A DNA stretch of 64,000 bases from Lingula anatina. Its lineage: Eukaryota; Animalia; Brachiopoda. The translations under genes were made by a program, and so were the position numbers. Shown here in pieces: positions 35,801-50,514 of the stretch (position 1 is the first letter of the stretch; every line of letters starts with the position of its first letter). Under the pieces are notes generated by a model. That model was not told the origin of the DNA, ran no database searches, and saw only the letters and a program-made list of their open reading frames with translations. The stretch covers positions 10,850,001 through 10,914,000 of the forward strand of contig CM120646.1 of the NCBI GenBank assembly GCA_051362555.1. The letters are read 5' to 3'.

Positions 35801-37119
35801 CCCTAAATGAGTCAAATGGTTGCAACTCTGAATCGTATCGATTTTCATCCATTGTGTGTTCTATCATAATCGCGGGACCTGGTTAAGTTCAAGTGTTTTC
35901 AGTAAAAAGGCAATGGCCATAATGGGTAAGGCTTAGAAATGTCTAAGGGTGCTCCTGCTGGTGCCCTTTCTATTTCAATTGATTAATCATTTATTGACGG
36001 AGAGTTTAAAAGGCACGGTTTCCCTTTTATAATCAAAATGTATATCCCTCTACGTATTACAGTATCGTGTGTCATCATTAAAAATTGACAAGAAGTACTC
36101 ATTAAGAAGGAAGAAAAACGCACTTTGCTCCTGGGAGTATTATTATTTGATCTCAGTAAGCTCTAAAAATATTATGTTAATCCAAAATCAATGCGCTATT
36201 TTTTTTCAGAATTTTCGATTCTATTATAAAGTGAACCGCGTGTGGCACACACAGCCTAATTATTTCTGTTTCCTGCAAAACTGGCAGTTGAACAATAGCG
36301 CAAGCATGGTTCCGAGACATGATTTTCCGGATTTTCTTTTCTATTCTGAAAGCCTAATCTGGCTGTTTCCGCACTTGTATACACTGTATACATGTAAGGG
36401 GATGATGCGTTTGCTAGCTGCTATGTTTTTTTCCCAAGATTGCGTGATGCTGTTAGTCATAAGGACTGTTGTTTTTTGTCCTAGACCGAGTATTACAGAG
36501 TTTTTTTTTGTTGCGGTTAGCTAATGTCGTTAGCTTTACCCCAAGCACTGTTTGATTATGCAGTGTTTTTATAATCCATTTCCAGTTTATGTTTTTTCTT
36601 TAGGTTTTTGTTTGTCCTGAAATGCAATGAAACGCCTATGCGCAACCTTGTCAACGAAAGTCTTCAACATGATACTGTTTCCATATTTTGACATGTATGC
36701 TACAATGTATCCAAAGCATGTCCAATCTCATCATTATTATTAATCAATTAAAAGCGAAAACATAGATAAAGAATAAAGTTATGTGAGAGATAATTTACTG
36801 TCACCAGAGCAATATACGGTAGGCCTTGGCACCTCGAAGTGACTTACTTGATATGCATGCCGAGACTCGCATTTCACCAAAAAACAACACTGAAACCGAA
36901 TAAAGCGTATATATCACCACGATTGATACACGTTGTTATTGATTGTGCTAGTTGTCCTTGTTGTGGGCGGAAGTAGTCTTGTATAATATGGGAGGGGTCA
37001 CGCATGTTACAGACCGAGTATTAAATTTTCATGAGAATCCATGCATATTCATGACGCATGTACGGACAGAGAATATATGCACCTAAACGAAGCCCGTGTA
37101 ATGTCGAGTTTTACTGATT

Positions 37120-37273
37120 AAATGATGACCCGGATCACCAGCAAAATCGAATCATTTGTTCATTGATTCATTTCTGAACTTTCCTGAAAATTACATCGAA
37201 ATCCGCCCAAACTTTTTTGCATAAAGTTGCCAGCAGAGAGACATAATAACTAACTAACAAAACAAAATGTACA

Positions 37274-37308
<35 letters not shown>

Positions 37309-37350
37309 AAGGTAATGACTAGGACTATATTATCACCGAAAAACTCCCAA
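37120..37350 (+). mobile_element. Helentron-associated (HINE/DINE-like) element fragment
   Basis: ccggatcaccagcaaaatcgaatcatttgttc...tttcctgaaaattacatcgaaatccg followed by a tetranucleotide tract (AAAT)n, an arrangement I recognise from such elements. Confidence 0.55.
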
Positions 37351-40300
37351 TCGCTCCCATACAACTTTTTTAAAGTGCATAGCGAACTGGCTTAATTCAG
37401 ATTACGGTTTCATATGAACCTAAATGGCTTAATATCTAAATGAATATCTGAATATAAAAAAATCTAATTAAGATGATTGATAGCCAGTGGTTGTGTTATA
37501 AGCCATTTATTCCTTATTTATTCCACTGTGTACTGACGTGCTGACATATGCTTATAAAAAAATACAGGTAAGTAAAGCTTCATGTCGTTTATGCATAACA
37601 GGAGCCCAATGAACAACGCAGTAATGCATCATTTATTCCTAATCGATTATCTTTCATGCATATAAACAGCTCGACAGTATCTGCGTGCATATGGCAAAAC
37701 ACATGTACCTGTAACGCGTCTTCATCTTCACTGAACATGTTGTCCTGGTTGCTTGAAAGATGTATCGGCGTTATGAAGCTGTTTAGTGTTTATTTATTTA
37801 TTTAATCCTTCTGTTTCTGAAGAAGAGTCTGTCTCTTTGAAAACAAGAACGCACAATTAAGGTAAGGTATGTAATGCACTAGTGTGTAGATATTTTGTTA
37901 TCATTAAAACGGAACGTGAAAGTGACGCCGATGTGGGTAACTGTGTGATAGAAACGTCTGTACACACCAGTGTTAAAACACATTGGCGTCTACAATAGTC
38001 TGCTCATAGTGTTTGATAATTAATTCCTCGTAAAAGCAATATATTTCTTTACTTGACAGTTAAGATTATCGAATGGCAGTGTGATCATGGTCTTATATTT
38101 AGAAGACATCAGTTGTTGTATATTCTTGGATTAAATAAGTAGTTTTATCTAAGTAGAGGTAAAGGAGTCATGTTCCAAGGCAAAAGGTCTCTAATGTGTC
38201 TTGTTTTCTCTACAAACCATCGTGATAGGAAGGGCTACAGATTCTGGTGAGTGAATCTTCATTCTGATTTACACGCATGTGTATCATGTTCTAACTAAAC
38301 ATATATCAATTATATGCACTGTGTTTCCAATGCATGATTTATGCGTTTCGTCATGCGGGTACATGGACAACTTAGATGAAATTCACTTTACTGTGCTAAG
38401 TCTCTCCAAGTATTCGATTATTGAATCAAAACAGGTGGTTCTGTAGTTAATTGTCACCTTTGACCTTATACCTTCACAGCTTGGGGATACGGAACTGCTT
38501 TTCAGAGTTATCTTTTGTCTTGAAGCAACACGTATTTGTTTGCGTATTTCGCCTCAGACTGGTGTGTTATCGGATAACATCTTTACAAATTAAGGATTAC
38601 ATCATATTTAAAATAATTACTGTCCACTTTATATTCAGCGTTACTAAACACATGTATCCTTCAGCTTTTATTTTATAAGGGAACATGGCGCACGATTCAA
38701 TTACAGTAATTGTTGAGCAAATGTTCAATTCGGTTCAAGTAATCTCTTTAGGTTTACAGTACTTTGCCTATCTAAAATTGATAGAAATGCAAACATGTGA
38801 ATAATATAAATGTAAGTTTTGTAAATTAGAGTATAACTTTAGGAACGTGCTACATTTTTTATTGACAGGGTGCTGTTTTTAAATACCATTTTTAAAAAGT
38901 CAACAGTCATGCAGAATTTTATAACATAAATTATCTTTTGTCAACTATTACATGCATGTGTCACTGTCTGTTATAGTCCAGTGAGCGCAGTTCATGTCTC
39001 TAGGCAAATATTTTTCTTAGAATTTTGTAGGTCAGGTGTTTTTTTTTAGTGAAGATTTTAAATAAAGTGCTTTTACATCAATATCCCTTTTTGAAAATTT
39101 CGCTTATCTATTCCGTTAACGCGTTGATTTATTGCTAATTGCCTCAGTTGTTTGTTATGGATTTTTTAATGGAAGCATACATGTAGATAAGCATGATCAA
39201 AATTAGAAAAAAGCACAGATAACAAAAATAAAAACACACCGACAGGGCAGACAATCCATATTCCTCTACATGATACATGTTGTAAAGGTTGCACGCAAAA
39301 GACCAATTTGTCTAAAAGCTCAGTCCGTTATCACCCCTAATGTAGTAAGATTTTATACACAATAACAAGGTAATATAATCTAACACATGCACTTAGTTGA
39401 TGTTTTACATTCTATATTTATGCTAAATTCTGTACTAACGTTACATGATGGCCGAGTGCAAAAATAAACACTATTCATACTGTTGCAAAAGGCCAACTGT
39501 GAGATTCTGGCATCAACACCCGGTGTATATTTTAACTGCCATTTTCATGGGAGCGTTATTTAATCGTATCGCATGATGATTTTAAATAAAACCTCCGGAG
39601 ACCTTAAATGTGCGTGTTATTTGTCGTCATTTAAGCTTTGATCAAAACAGGACGCACGAATGTTAGGATCGTACGTTCCCTGTGAATTTTGGGTGCAGTA
39701 GAATCCGTGGAATTCGCAGAGGTAGAGGAAAGTTTGCAATGGAAAGGCGCAACTCTGCCTTGCGAGTCGCAGGGGCCACGTGAGATGTCCTTTCAAGAAG
39801 GGACGAGGTGCGATGTCGTGGAAATTGTACTCATTTCTGAAGTTTGTCTTGCTACCTGCGTACGTGGTACGCATTTACCACTTATGAAGAGAATGCAAAG
39901 CACGGCGAAAGTAGCTTCACACTTGCCCCACAGGCTTGTAATGACGTACGTCAGTTTTGCCTCCTGTTCTCCCCTTCTTTCTTTTTTCCTCCCGCCTTCT
40001 TTTTCTGCTCTCTAAGTTTTTCCCTAGCCTTTGGGAGGCATATTAGAAGCTGAATTGAGCAAAAATTGAAATTCATTGCTTGCGACGTGCGTTATGGACC
40101 ACGCTCGTCTTGCGAACTCCTCGCGATCTCTTTGCGAGTGGAGCAAGTTATGCTTGCAGCCTCGCTGTTCGCAGATTATTCGTAGAATCTTTTGAACGTG
40201 TCCAATATCCTATATAAAATATGACAGTGTATTTGTCTTGTTGTGAGAAAGCCTGGTCTTTTATAAGTTTACAATCATAAAGTGTAGTCTTTTAAGACGT

Positions 40301-43300
40301 CTTTTATAAATGTGAGTTTGCAGAACGTGGCCAACATTTTACACGTGAACTTAGACTAATAACTACTTGACCAAAGTGTTGTTAGAGCAGATGCATTCAA
40401 TATTAGGTCTACCCTGTTGACATGACGTATTTATACCACGTGACCAGAATGCCAATTTCGTGGTCCCATTTCACTCGGAATTAATCTTTTCGCCCTCTAT
40501 CCAATTAACGTTGTTTAGCTGTTAACCGTAAGTGGTCAGACTTATTCACAATAAATAGCACGGGGTGCCCATCCAATAACACAGATTATCAGACTGATTA
40601 ATATTTAGTGGAATACACTCGTTCGCCCCGGTCAATAGGGTCCTACACGTGCATTCTAGGCAAATTACCATCTATTTATGATCAGTGATTTTCTGGATGA
40701 ACAAGGAACATAAAACGCATGAAAATATGCTCATATTGTCTAGTTGCGACGACTTCCCACGCTCTCTCTACGCAATTTGTTTCGGTTTCTTTCTTTGCGT
40801 AGAAGACGATTACTTCTGGTTTATCACAAAATAAAAGGCTTTTTAGAAAAGAAATAACTGAAAAAAATTAACGTAATAAACAGCGGTGTGGCCCCAGAGT
40901 AGCCGTCTAACGACCTCACTCGCAAAAAACAAAAAAAAAACAAACAAAAAACAAACAAAAAAAAAAAACCGGGAAGGTTGAGAACGTAGTTAAGCTGAAG
41001 CATGTGTCTCAGTGTAAATAAATGGGTATCTTAGGCACGTGCAGATATTGACGTGTACCTAGTAGGCTACCTAGTACTAGTTGCATCCAATCAAAGGCAA
41101 CGCGACTAACTTGAAAACTAACTGTGACTAGAATGTATATTCATGTTTAATTCTGTACAAATATTACATACAAAAAAAAAAGATTGAGTGTTGAATGTGG
41201 AGTGGGATCAGTGAGGGTGGAATTAAGACGACTGTTATAAGTTAGAATATGATGTGTCTTTCTCTCGTATTTTTATGTCTGAAAACAAAGGTAAGAATAT
41301 ATTTGCTCTTTTACCCAGATTGTGAGCCAATTGCTCTCTTGGCTAATACTGTGAAGTCATTTTTTCGTAGTCGACTATCAAGAAGCACTGTTACCAAAAC
41401 ATACAACACTACGTTCTTTTGTGAGACAGGTTCAGTCGCTGTGAAAACGAAACCCATCTTAGGTAGTTGAATTCATACATTGTTTCCAACAGAGTTAATT
41501 AAAATTACAATGTTGCACACAAATATCTCTGCTTGCTTGATGGTCACTTTGCACACACAAATCAACCGACATAACCGCATACATTCATAATTGCTATGCG
41601 AGTTTGGTGTATGGAAATATGATATGACCCGTTCCCAGGGATTTGCTGTCTAATCACGTTGAACATGCCATTTTTTCGTGTAACCAGCATAATTTGGTGA
41701 GGTAATATTTCACAATTACTGCTCTCCACCGATAGGTTTTGACTTAAACATCTCCTCTCTCCGCAATTACCCAGTCTATAACCCTACCGACTACAGCCAT
41801 GTTTCTCTTTAATTTCTATCCTTCAAAATAATTTCAAAGTTTCAACTTTTTTCCTTTGGCAATTCCTTGCCCACAGACGAGGAGCTAAGAATAATTGGAG
41901 ACTATGTGTATCATATAATACGCAAACCCTTTTGCTAAGCTTAACCTCAGCCGTAACCTGGGAGGAGACAGTGAGATTCATATTTTTAGTAAGATCCAGC
42001 AACAAGTGATTTACTGTCGTAGCACGCTAACTTTACGGCTTACGTCCGTGTTCCAAAACTTCACAGTTAACTCCTTCTACTAATTGGTTGCTACTTCGTG
42101 AACCCGTGTAGTGACAGTAATGAAATACATGTAAACCAGTGGTCTATGTGAAGACGTGCGCTGGTGGGCCTTTCCGTCATTTGGCTCACAACCTCAATAG
42201 AGCGGCACCATACATTGGCTCACATACTCAGACTCAGATAGAGATGCGCACATAACAGTACAGAGAGAGAGAGAGAGAGAGAGACGCGCATTCATTTTCA
42301 GAAATGAGCCATCTGTGTTTAGCTGTCAAATCTGTCATGTCCGTCTTTCCTAGACAATACGCAAAATACCTGGAATTCAACGCTAATAGATTGTGAACTG
42401 TTTTAATAAGCTGTTTTGATGGAAATATAATTATTTCGTGCTAACGCATTTAATGCCCCAAGAGAGAGAGCTGTTTACTAGCATCAAATTTCCTGAAACT
42501 GAGCCATTTAACAATCAGTCCCCCAAGGGGCTGAATGCTCTGAGCTAAACCTACGTAATTCTTTAGTAGAGGTATTTAACCTTGATAAAGGACCGTTTTT
42601 TTATAAATCACTTAAAATTTATGTATCCTCCGCTAAGAGGGCGTGATTATCTTCGCGTACATATCAATTTTAAGGACTCCCTTTCCTTTTCCAATTTGCA
42701 TGTAAATCGAATGGAAAGCCTAGGTATAGTTTATACTAATTTGTCTTACAGTGGGGGGCCTGGGGGCACAATGGACCACACTTGCTTTCTCACTCATTCA
42801 TATATAGTATTGCAAGCCAAACGAGACAAAAATCAAATGATTTTACCATCACTGTACATATTCCTATATATTACTGTGGAATTGCCCTCGTCAGGTAACT
42901 TATCTTCTGTGTGCTTGGGTCTCCTCCACGTGCGGTTATTAACAAAATAAAGATTCGCCAGTGTCTTATACCTTCATTTGGCCAGGGGCCATTAATTATT
43001 TTAATATGCCAACTGAACAAGGCTCAATCGTGATCGTGGAGGAAATAATTTTCATACGTTTTGAATACAGTCAACGTGTGCGTTAGACCAAGTGTAGGGG
43101 TAAGCTTGGAGGAAAATGTAAATCATATGTCCCATGAGGTTGTTTCTGATTATTCATATAGCAAAACTTGGCTGTTTAAATTTGGATAAGTCGATTAAAT
43201 TAAAAATATAGAACTTGCGGGTTTTGGATAGGGTATACCCTGGCCAATATGAAGAAATTCTTGGAAAATTAATTTTTCTTTATTAAGGTCTAACCCCAAC

Positions 43301-45751
43301 TGGCCTTTATAGGTCGATATGATATTTCACACATCCGTCTAATGGCATTGTGATGTCAACAAAAGTAATCACTCAACACCACTTGTGCACTTGGCGTAGC
43401 ACGTGTAGATTCTTGCACAGATCTCCTGATGGGGAATTCATGCAACCTTTAATATAAATGGAATAAAATATGTTTCAGTGACTCACGGAATAGGCTGGTG
43501 TAATGTGCTGTGGCTGTTCTCAAACTTCCACCAAAAATTGGCTTGTCAACCAGCAGCTTTCACCTTTGGTCGACGTCACCGAACAACATTTAACAGCTTC
43601 GATTTTGTCTTAGATGTGGTGATTGTTATACCCATGTAACTAATACAGCTTTTTTTTCGAAATAATAATATTAATAATTATTACAACAGTATTGAGTCCA
43701 CTAATATTGTTAAATAGATTAGCTTTGGTGTTTAAATAATATCACCATAAGATCGACTTGAATAGGGCGAATTCTAACATAACGCGAATTCTAAATTTTG
43801 TATTGAAAATGATAGCTTGTTTTCTTTTGTCCATCATACCGCTGTGAATCAACATTTTTATCAGGGTGTAACTGACTACGGTCTCTGTCACCTGTCTGTA
43901 ATTTCAACTCATGACTGACTATACTTAAAAACGCATAGGGTTGAAGCAAAAACTTTTCTTGTGATTCCCATGGGGCTGCTCTCCGGGCACCAGTATATAT
44001 ATATAGACATCAAGTTCGTACGTATATTAAGAGGTCTTGCTTCTTCTTACCACTTGTATTACCTGCTGGGGCAGATGGCTCGTTCTTATGCCTTAATATT
44101 CTTATGTCTTAATGATTTAATTGCTTGATAAGTTCGCAAAAAACACATTTGATTAGTTTCTAATGTCAAACACCATGGCCGTGCTTGTTTACGGCTTGCT
44201 GGACACATTCGTGATGTGGCTGTCCCGCACTGGTTGTATGCGTCTCGGCGGCAGTGGCTGAGACGTCATTTAGCAAAACTTTTTTCAGATTCTAATACAT
44301 TATTATTACATGTTACAGCCGTGTCAAAAGGCCATTCACTGTCAGGCATACATATCATGTGATATTATGTACTAGTACATATCTCTTATGTTTTAATTGT
44401 CTTTTCCGTGTTGTTTTAGGCGGCAGAGCTAGTCGGTATAAAAGCTTGATCCAATATCTGCAAAAATGTCTGTACTATCGATCGGTGAAAGAAAACAACG
44501 CTTGAGATTCTGCATTCGAACAGAGTAACTAGCATAGGGCAATCTATCAAAGAAATAATGACATCCTTGCCTTATGTCTGTATATAGTTTTGATTTCCAT
44601 TTTGGCTTCTTTATCCAAAATTTTGTTATCCGAGACACTTAACGCCACAGTCAAGGAAAGTCCCATGACAGGAATAAAAAAAGTCCGTTAAACAGAGGGT
44701 AAACTTGATTTGTTTGTGTGGAACGGGTATTACAGTTATGTTTGATTTTTGATTTTGTGTCTCGGGCTCTTAACAGACTTTTTCAACCTTCTGGTAGGTC
44801 ACATCGCACCGGCGTACTCAGGTTGTACATGTGGAGATTTCGACCAACCGCTGCTACGACCTTTTGAAAAATATATCCGATTTATAGGATTTTTAAGTAA
44901 TTAGACTGATCTATAACTACACCCTTTTTTACCCTTTTATAATGTATTAGGTCCAGATCTGATTCCGCAACCTTGCTCTGAAATGGTGGAAATCGTCTCC
45001 CTGTATTCGCCAACATTATGACGTTTGAGGCACCTCAGTGACTAAAGAAAATACATTTCAACCAGCAAAGGAAGGTGCGCCAGTTGTTCTTTACGGGTGT
45101 GATACTGGACTTCACTCAATGTGTATTTAATCAACAATAGCAAATAATCATATTGTTCTTTAAGCATAGGCAACAAAATCCGATAAACATTTCAATTCAG
45201 TTTTCCATTCAGGTTTATCGACCTCGTAGCACACTTTCCGTACTCGGCAGCCAGATATCGATGAAGTGGCAGAGTTAACAATGATGCTGCGTACAGATGT
45301 CATCTGAACCGAAACACATTTTCTGTTATAGATCATGATAATAACCACAGATCCCGTTTCTTTTGGCCAATACACCCAGCACGTGCAGATTCCGTATGAG
45401 TTGCCACCCTTTGTTGCTAACACACATAAGTCTTAACAGAATGTCATGGTCGCGTTTGCTGCCAATCAGGTTTAATGGGGATATCTGTCAGTCAACAAGT
45501 GATTCATCATATCAAATGACACAGCTTTCGTACTTAATTGAGAACGATTGTTCGATGTTATCAGTCATTCAATTATTCTACTATTAAAAGCAATTATGCA
45601 TGAGCAAAGCACAGTCGTGAATTAAGCGTAGCTATTGGTGCAAGATTGCTGCACAATATTGACGGTCACGTTCACAATGTACAGCCATCGGTGCTTAGGT
45701 TCAAGGTTGTAAATTATAAGTTGCTTGCTGATTGGTCCACATGAGGCTGCT

Positions 45752-46430
45752 GTTGAGTGACATAACCTAGCCAAACAAATTGCGTTGACTCCAACCTAGC
45801 CAACAAGCCTGTATTGACTGCAATCTAGCCAACCAGACTATCTTGACTCCGACCTAGCCAACCAGGCTGTGTTCCCTACAACCTAGTCAACCAAGTTGTG
45901 TTTACTGCAACCTAGTCAACCAGGCTATGTTGACTGCAACCTAGCCAACCAAGCTGTGTTGTCTTGCAACCTAGTTAACCAAGTAGTTTTTACTGCAACC
46001 TAGTCAAGCAGGCTATGTTGACTGCAACCTAGCCAACCGAGTTGAATTGACTGCAACCTAGCCAACCAGGCTGTGTTGCCTGTAACCTAGTCAACCAAGT
46101 TGTGTTGAATGCAGCCTAGTCGACCAGGCCATGTTAACTGCCACCTAGCCAAACAGGTTGTTTTGAATGTCACCTTGTGTTGACTGCAACCTAGCCAGCC
46201 GGGTTGTGTTGACTGTCACCTTGCCAAAAATGATTGTGTTGACTGCAACCTAGCCAGCCAGGCTGTGTTGACTGTCACCTTGCCAAACAGGTTGTGTTGA
46301 CTGCAACCTAGCCAACCAAGTTGTGTTAACTGCAACCTAGCCAAACAGGTTTTGTTGACTGTCACCTTGCCAACTAGACTGTGTCGACTGCAATCAAGCC
46401 AACCAGAGTATGGTGATTACAATCCAGCTG
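45752..46430. repeat. Minisatellite, 29-bp unit (GTTGACTGCAACCTAGCCAACCAGGCTGT consensus), about 23 copies
   Basis: Period 29 (e.g. 45901 vs 45930); degenerate at both edges. Confidence 0.96.
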
Positions 46431-47158
46431 AACAGGAGCCTATCCTATTTCATGATGTGTGACCCATTAGCCAGCCACCCCTCGTTATTTACCGTTCACC
46501 AAATCCCGCTTTGTCAACACGTGTAAACCGTTCACATTTTTTTCACTTTTGATATTACCTATTGATAGCTACACCAGAGAAAGGGTTCACAACATGTGTT
46601 CATTTCCGGTTGCAAATGTTGATTGCAATGAGTCGAAATTGATCACCTATCCAACCCGTTCAAACTGCGGGATGTTATTAATAGGTTAAAGACACGCAAC
46701 TGGCTTTAATGTACCTGTAGAGTAGAATCAATGTGAGCTTTATAGACTTAGTGCGAACAGTACCATTAACAGACAAATGGAACAGCGTCCAAGGAGCCAA
46801 CGAGATGTCGATTATCCATTCGCTCACATTACAAGCGTTAGGGTCGAAACGATTGTTCGTAGATTCTAGGTGACAGTATAATATTCCCAGAAGATCAAGA
46901 AGTTTTGCTGTAGTAACATCACTTTGACCTCCAGAAGGTGACAAGGTAAGCGCAAGAATTCTGATGGGAGGTTTTGCTCTGGTTTTGGAATTTGAAATCC
47001 CGATCAGAATGACAGCATGTAATTTAACGGTTTGGACACACCCAGGACTAAATAGTCATGGGAGAAAGTATCCACTGTATATATATGTAGGTAGATAGAT
47101 AGATAGATTGAAGGGTGCAAGTTAGGGAGGTGGTAAAATAGTTAGGTAGTAGGCACAT

Positions 47159-47162
<4 letters not shown>

Positions 47163-47207
<45 letters not shown>
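47163..47207. repeat. (GA)n microsatellite
   Basis: Visible run. Confidence 0.98.
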
Positions 47208-47208
<1 letters not shown>

Positions 47209-48562
47209 AGTACATACTAACGATGTGACTGTTAACACACAGCATGATTTTACCCACATAACACCACAATCTTAAGTAGCACTTTATTTAACACGTACTG
47301 TACTAGTATGTGTGTGCAGATACAACGACGTTGAAAATCACATTTAGGTATGGTTTTATTCATTCACACGAATCCTGACTTTGCAAAATATTATTGTACC
47401 TTGTTTCCATAGTGGCTATAAGTAATAGACGTAATATAGAAAAATCTATGAATAAAGAGGTTCAATGTAGCTGGTATCATTTAACAAAACACATGGCCAG
47501 AACAAGATATGCAAATTCCCCTGTAAGCAAATTAAATCACGTAGTGTATAGATTTTAGAATAATGGCGTCGTCTGTTGTAGACTAGCATTAATGTATTAA
47601 ATCTGGATAATTGTGACAGTTTGTAACGTAGTCATCGGAACGCTAATTCTAATGCATTCACTGAGTCTTTTATTTAGCTTAAAATCAAATCGGATGACGG
47701 TCATCGATAAAAGTCACTTAGACGAACATAAATGTTATCCCAAAAGACAAATAAAAAAACTAATGCGGTGGAAATGGTATTACGCATGTTATCAATGCCG
47801 GCATGGATATATAGAGAGTCTGAACACGACTTAACTCGGCCGTGCTTCACTGCAGAGCATTTATCAGTTTCAGTGTTCACAGTATTCACCCTCCAGCCTT
47901 GATTGATCAGAGAAGCTGAAGTACCGACAATATTCCCGTTGTTATGAAGTCAAAAGCAGTATCTAGACAAGGACACTCTCCTATAATCCTACTTTACTGG
48001 CGCTTAGAACCAGTCCAATTAATTTAACTGTTTGGATTTAAGATGCACGCGTGCCTGCATTATCGAATATACTTCATTTTCCCCTATAAGTGCAGTACCA
48101 ATATATGCCATGTGAGACGTGCTTTATACAGTAAAGAAGACCTTTTTCTCTACATGGACACATCGCCACTATGTTTTTTTTATTTCAAAGCTGGGTCTCT
48201 TACTGTGAGTCCTCGACAATGTAAACAGGTTAATTTTTTCTAGTAACAGTTCACCAAGTAGGCCAACTGCATGAGACCGTCTACACGAACAGCCAAGTCC
48301 CGGAGCATGGTGTGTTATTGGCGTATCAGATCAGGTTCGAAACATTGCCATTTCTGTTATCATTGTTTCTTTAAAAAATAACGTGGGAGGAAAAAGACGG
48401 ATTGCGGAATCACAATTTCTGCGGAGGCCGGTATCGTAGCGAGAAAACCAAACTACAGCTTTTGTTGAAAAGTTAATACGGTTTTCTCACTGCCTGAAAG
48501 GCTGCAGTGGCAAATGCGGAAACGCGAGGCTAAGTCCTACTACTCAGACCTGAAGGAATCGC

Positions 48563-48654
<92 letters not shown>
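48563..48654. repeat. Poly-A followed by (TA)n microsatellite
   Basis: Visible run. Confidence 0.98.
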
Positions 48655-48657
<3 letters not shown>

Positions 48658-49782
48658 ATAGAGAGAGATGATGATTTTATTCAATTCTATGTTGGATCAA
48701 GCATAAGAGATTATTTCGGTTTTTGTTTTTAAAAAAGAAATGAATAAACAAGAAGATGGATAGAAAGTCATATGCCACTTTGAAAAAAGGAATTCTTGTG
48801 GCATTCCATTCTGCTTCGAAATGTCAACCCACAAAATGTCATTAATGATCTATGCGGCTTGGAGCAGCTGGCAGTTTTAATCCCAGACTCGTGGGCGAAC
48901 CCCCTTACATGTGTATTTGACCTTTGTGTATGTGTGTATTTAGTAAGTGACATGCATTGCGTATTAAGCATGTGCGCGTGGCGTAAACGACGCACTTATG
49001 TCCGTAGTGGGTTTAAACTGGCAAACGATCATTTGCCGCGAAATCTATACTACTATCACGCGACTCTCCGTACTACATGTAAACCTCAAAACCGGTGCCT
49101 GCATTGAGTTTGTCGTGGAAGAATGCTCTGGAGTGTCTCGTATGTATGTCTTGTGTGCTTTTTCTGTAACGAAAATATGCTTGTTTAAAAAAAGTGCTCG
49201 GTGTCTTACCAGTCAAGTGTATAGTCTTCATTAAAATGATGCGATTCACTCTTTACAGTAAAACTCACATGTTACGCGCTAGTCCCGTTTATTGTCATTG
49301 AAATATTCCATTTATATGTATGGTTATTTCAGAGTATAAGAGACAACCGTCCTAGTTGATATTCCTACGGAAGAATTCGTTGACCACTTAATTAAGTCAT
49401 GCGCCATATATAAGCCACTTAATTAAGTTATATGTCCTATCTAAAGCAGATGGTTAAGTCACATTGTATCCTGTATAATAACGTCACTTTGTCTTATCCG
49501 AATCTTAATATACTGGAAGGTTGGTATTTCTGTTACTCGTTCTGAAGTCTTGAAAATGTATTAAATATACGAGTAATGCTTTGGTGGGTGTGGAAAGCAT
49601 ATCTGTGGATGCCTGAATGTTTATTTGTGAATTTTCAGAAAAATAGCTTTAAAGAAATGAGAGGTGAGATCGGAGATGTATTTGGAGGCCACGGTAGCCA
49701 TCCATACTATACTTCTTTATTCTGTATCATTTTATGCATGTTTTGGATACGCATATGGTGTTGTTTTAATTGCCACAAGTTA

Positions 49783-49957
49783 GGGGTCATTCAGAACAGT
49801 GGACTAACTAGTCCGAGAGCCAGATCTGGCCGACCCACTTGAATACTTCCCCACAGGATATCTATTCAATGTCTATGAGTGGATTCGACGGCAAGCTTTG
49901 TAGTGGATCGCCATATTTGACCCCCGGACTAGTTAGTCCCCTATTCTGAACGGGTCC
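49783..49957 (-). mobile_element. PIF/Harbinger (Tourist-like) MITE, copy 2, opposite orientation
   Basis: Reverse complement of the 13448 element including the core (cccacttgaatacttcccca, gacggcaagctttgtagtgg); TTA flanks at 49780-49782 and 49958-49960. Confidence 0.9.
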
Positions 49958-50451
49958 TTAGATAATTAAGTTCTTTACATTAATTCATTCAACTGCACGG
50001 ACCCCATTATACTTTTTAACGCCAATTGAGTCCTTCACTTTGTTTTTGCTTGCAAAAGAAGGTGAAGCACCCTCTTCTCCAACTGTGCCGTAATAAAGTG
50101 TTCAGCATTTCAAACATAAAGATGAAAAAACTGTGATATGCGCTAGACCTAATCAAGTGAGTTCTTATATTCTATGTGTAACACAGCTTTGTTTTTTCAC
50201 ATTAAGTCCACATCTTCTTCTTCTTTATCGATCTGACGTTGCATGACTTGGGCAAATCCTGGGAAATTGTAAGTAATCCAGGAATATGGAAGTTTCCATC
50301 TGATCAGGCCTATGTCTTTAACCTTTCAGGTACGGAAGGCAGACCGCGGCATACATATCATTTTAATCAATACGCCATCGATTAGCTCCCAACCCAATGT
50401 CCGGGACTACCTAAAGCGGAATCTGGCGTACTGAAAATATCTGGTACAAGG

Positions 50452-50514
50452 TAATATAATATAATATAATATAAAATATAATATAATATAATATAATATA
50501 ATATAATATAATAT
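50452..50514. repeat. (ATATA)n-type AT-only repeat
   Basis: Visible run. Confidence 0.92.

Noticed and set aside
36069-36524. 151-aa ORF
   Set aside because: GTG start, no domain motif, composition typical of chance AT-rich ORFs.
48306-48342. tRNA or SINE head (tggtgtgttattgg...ggttcgaaac)
   Set aside because: A-B box spacing too short and no cloverleaf.
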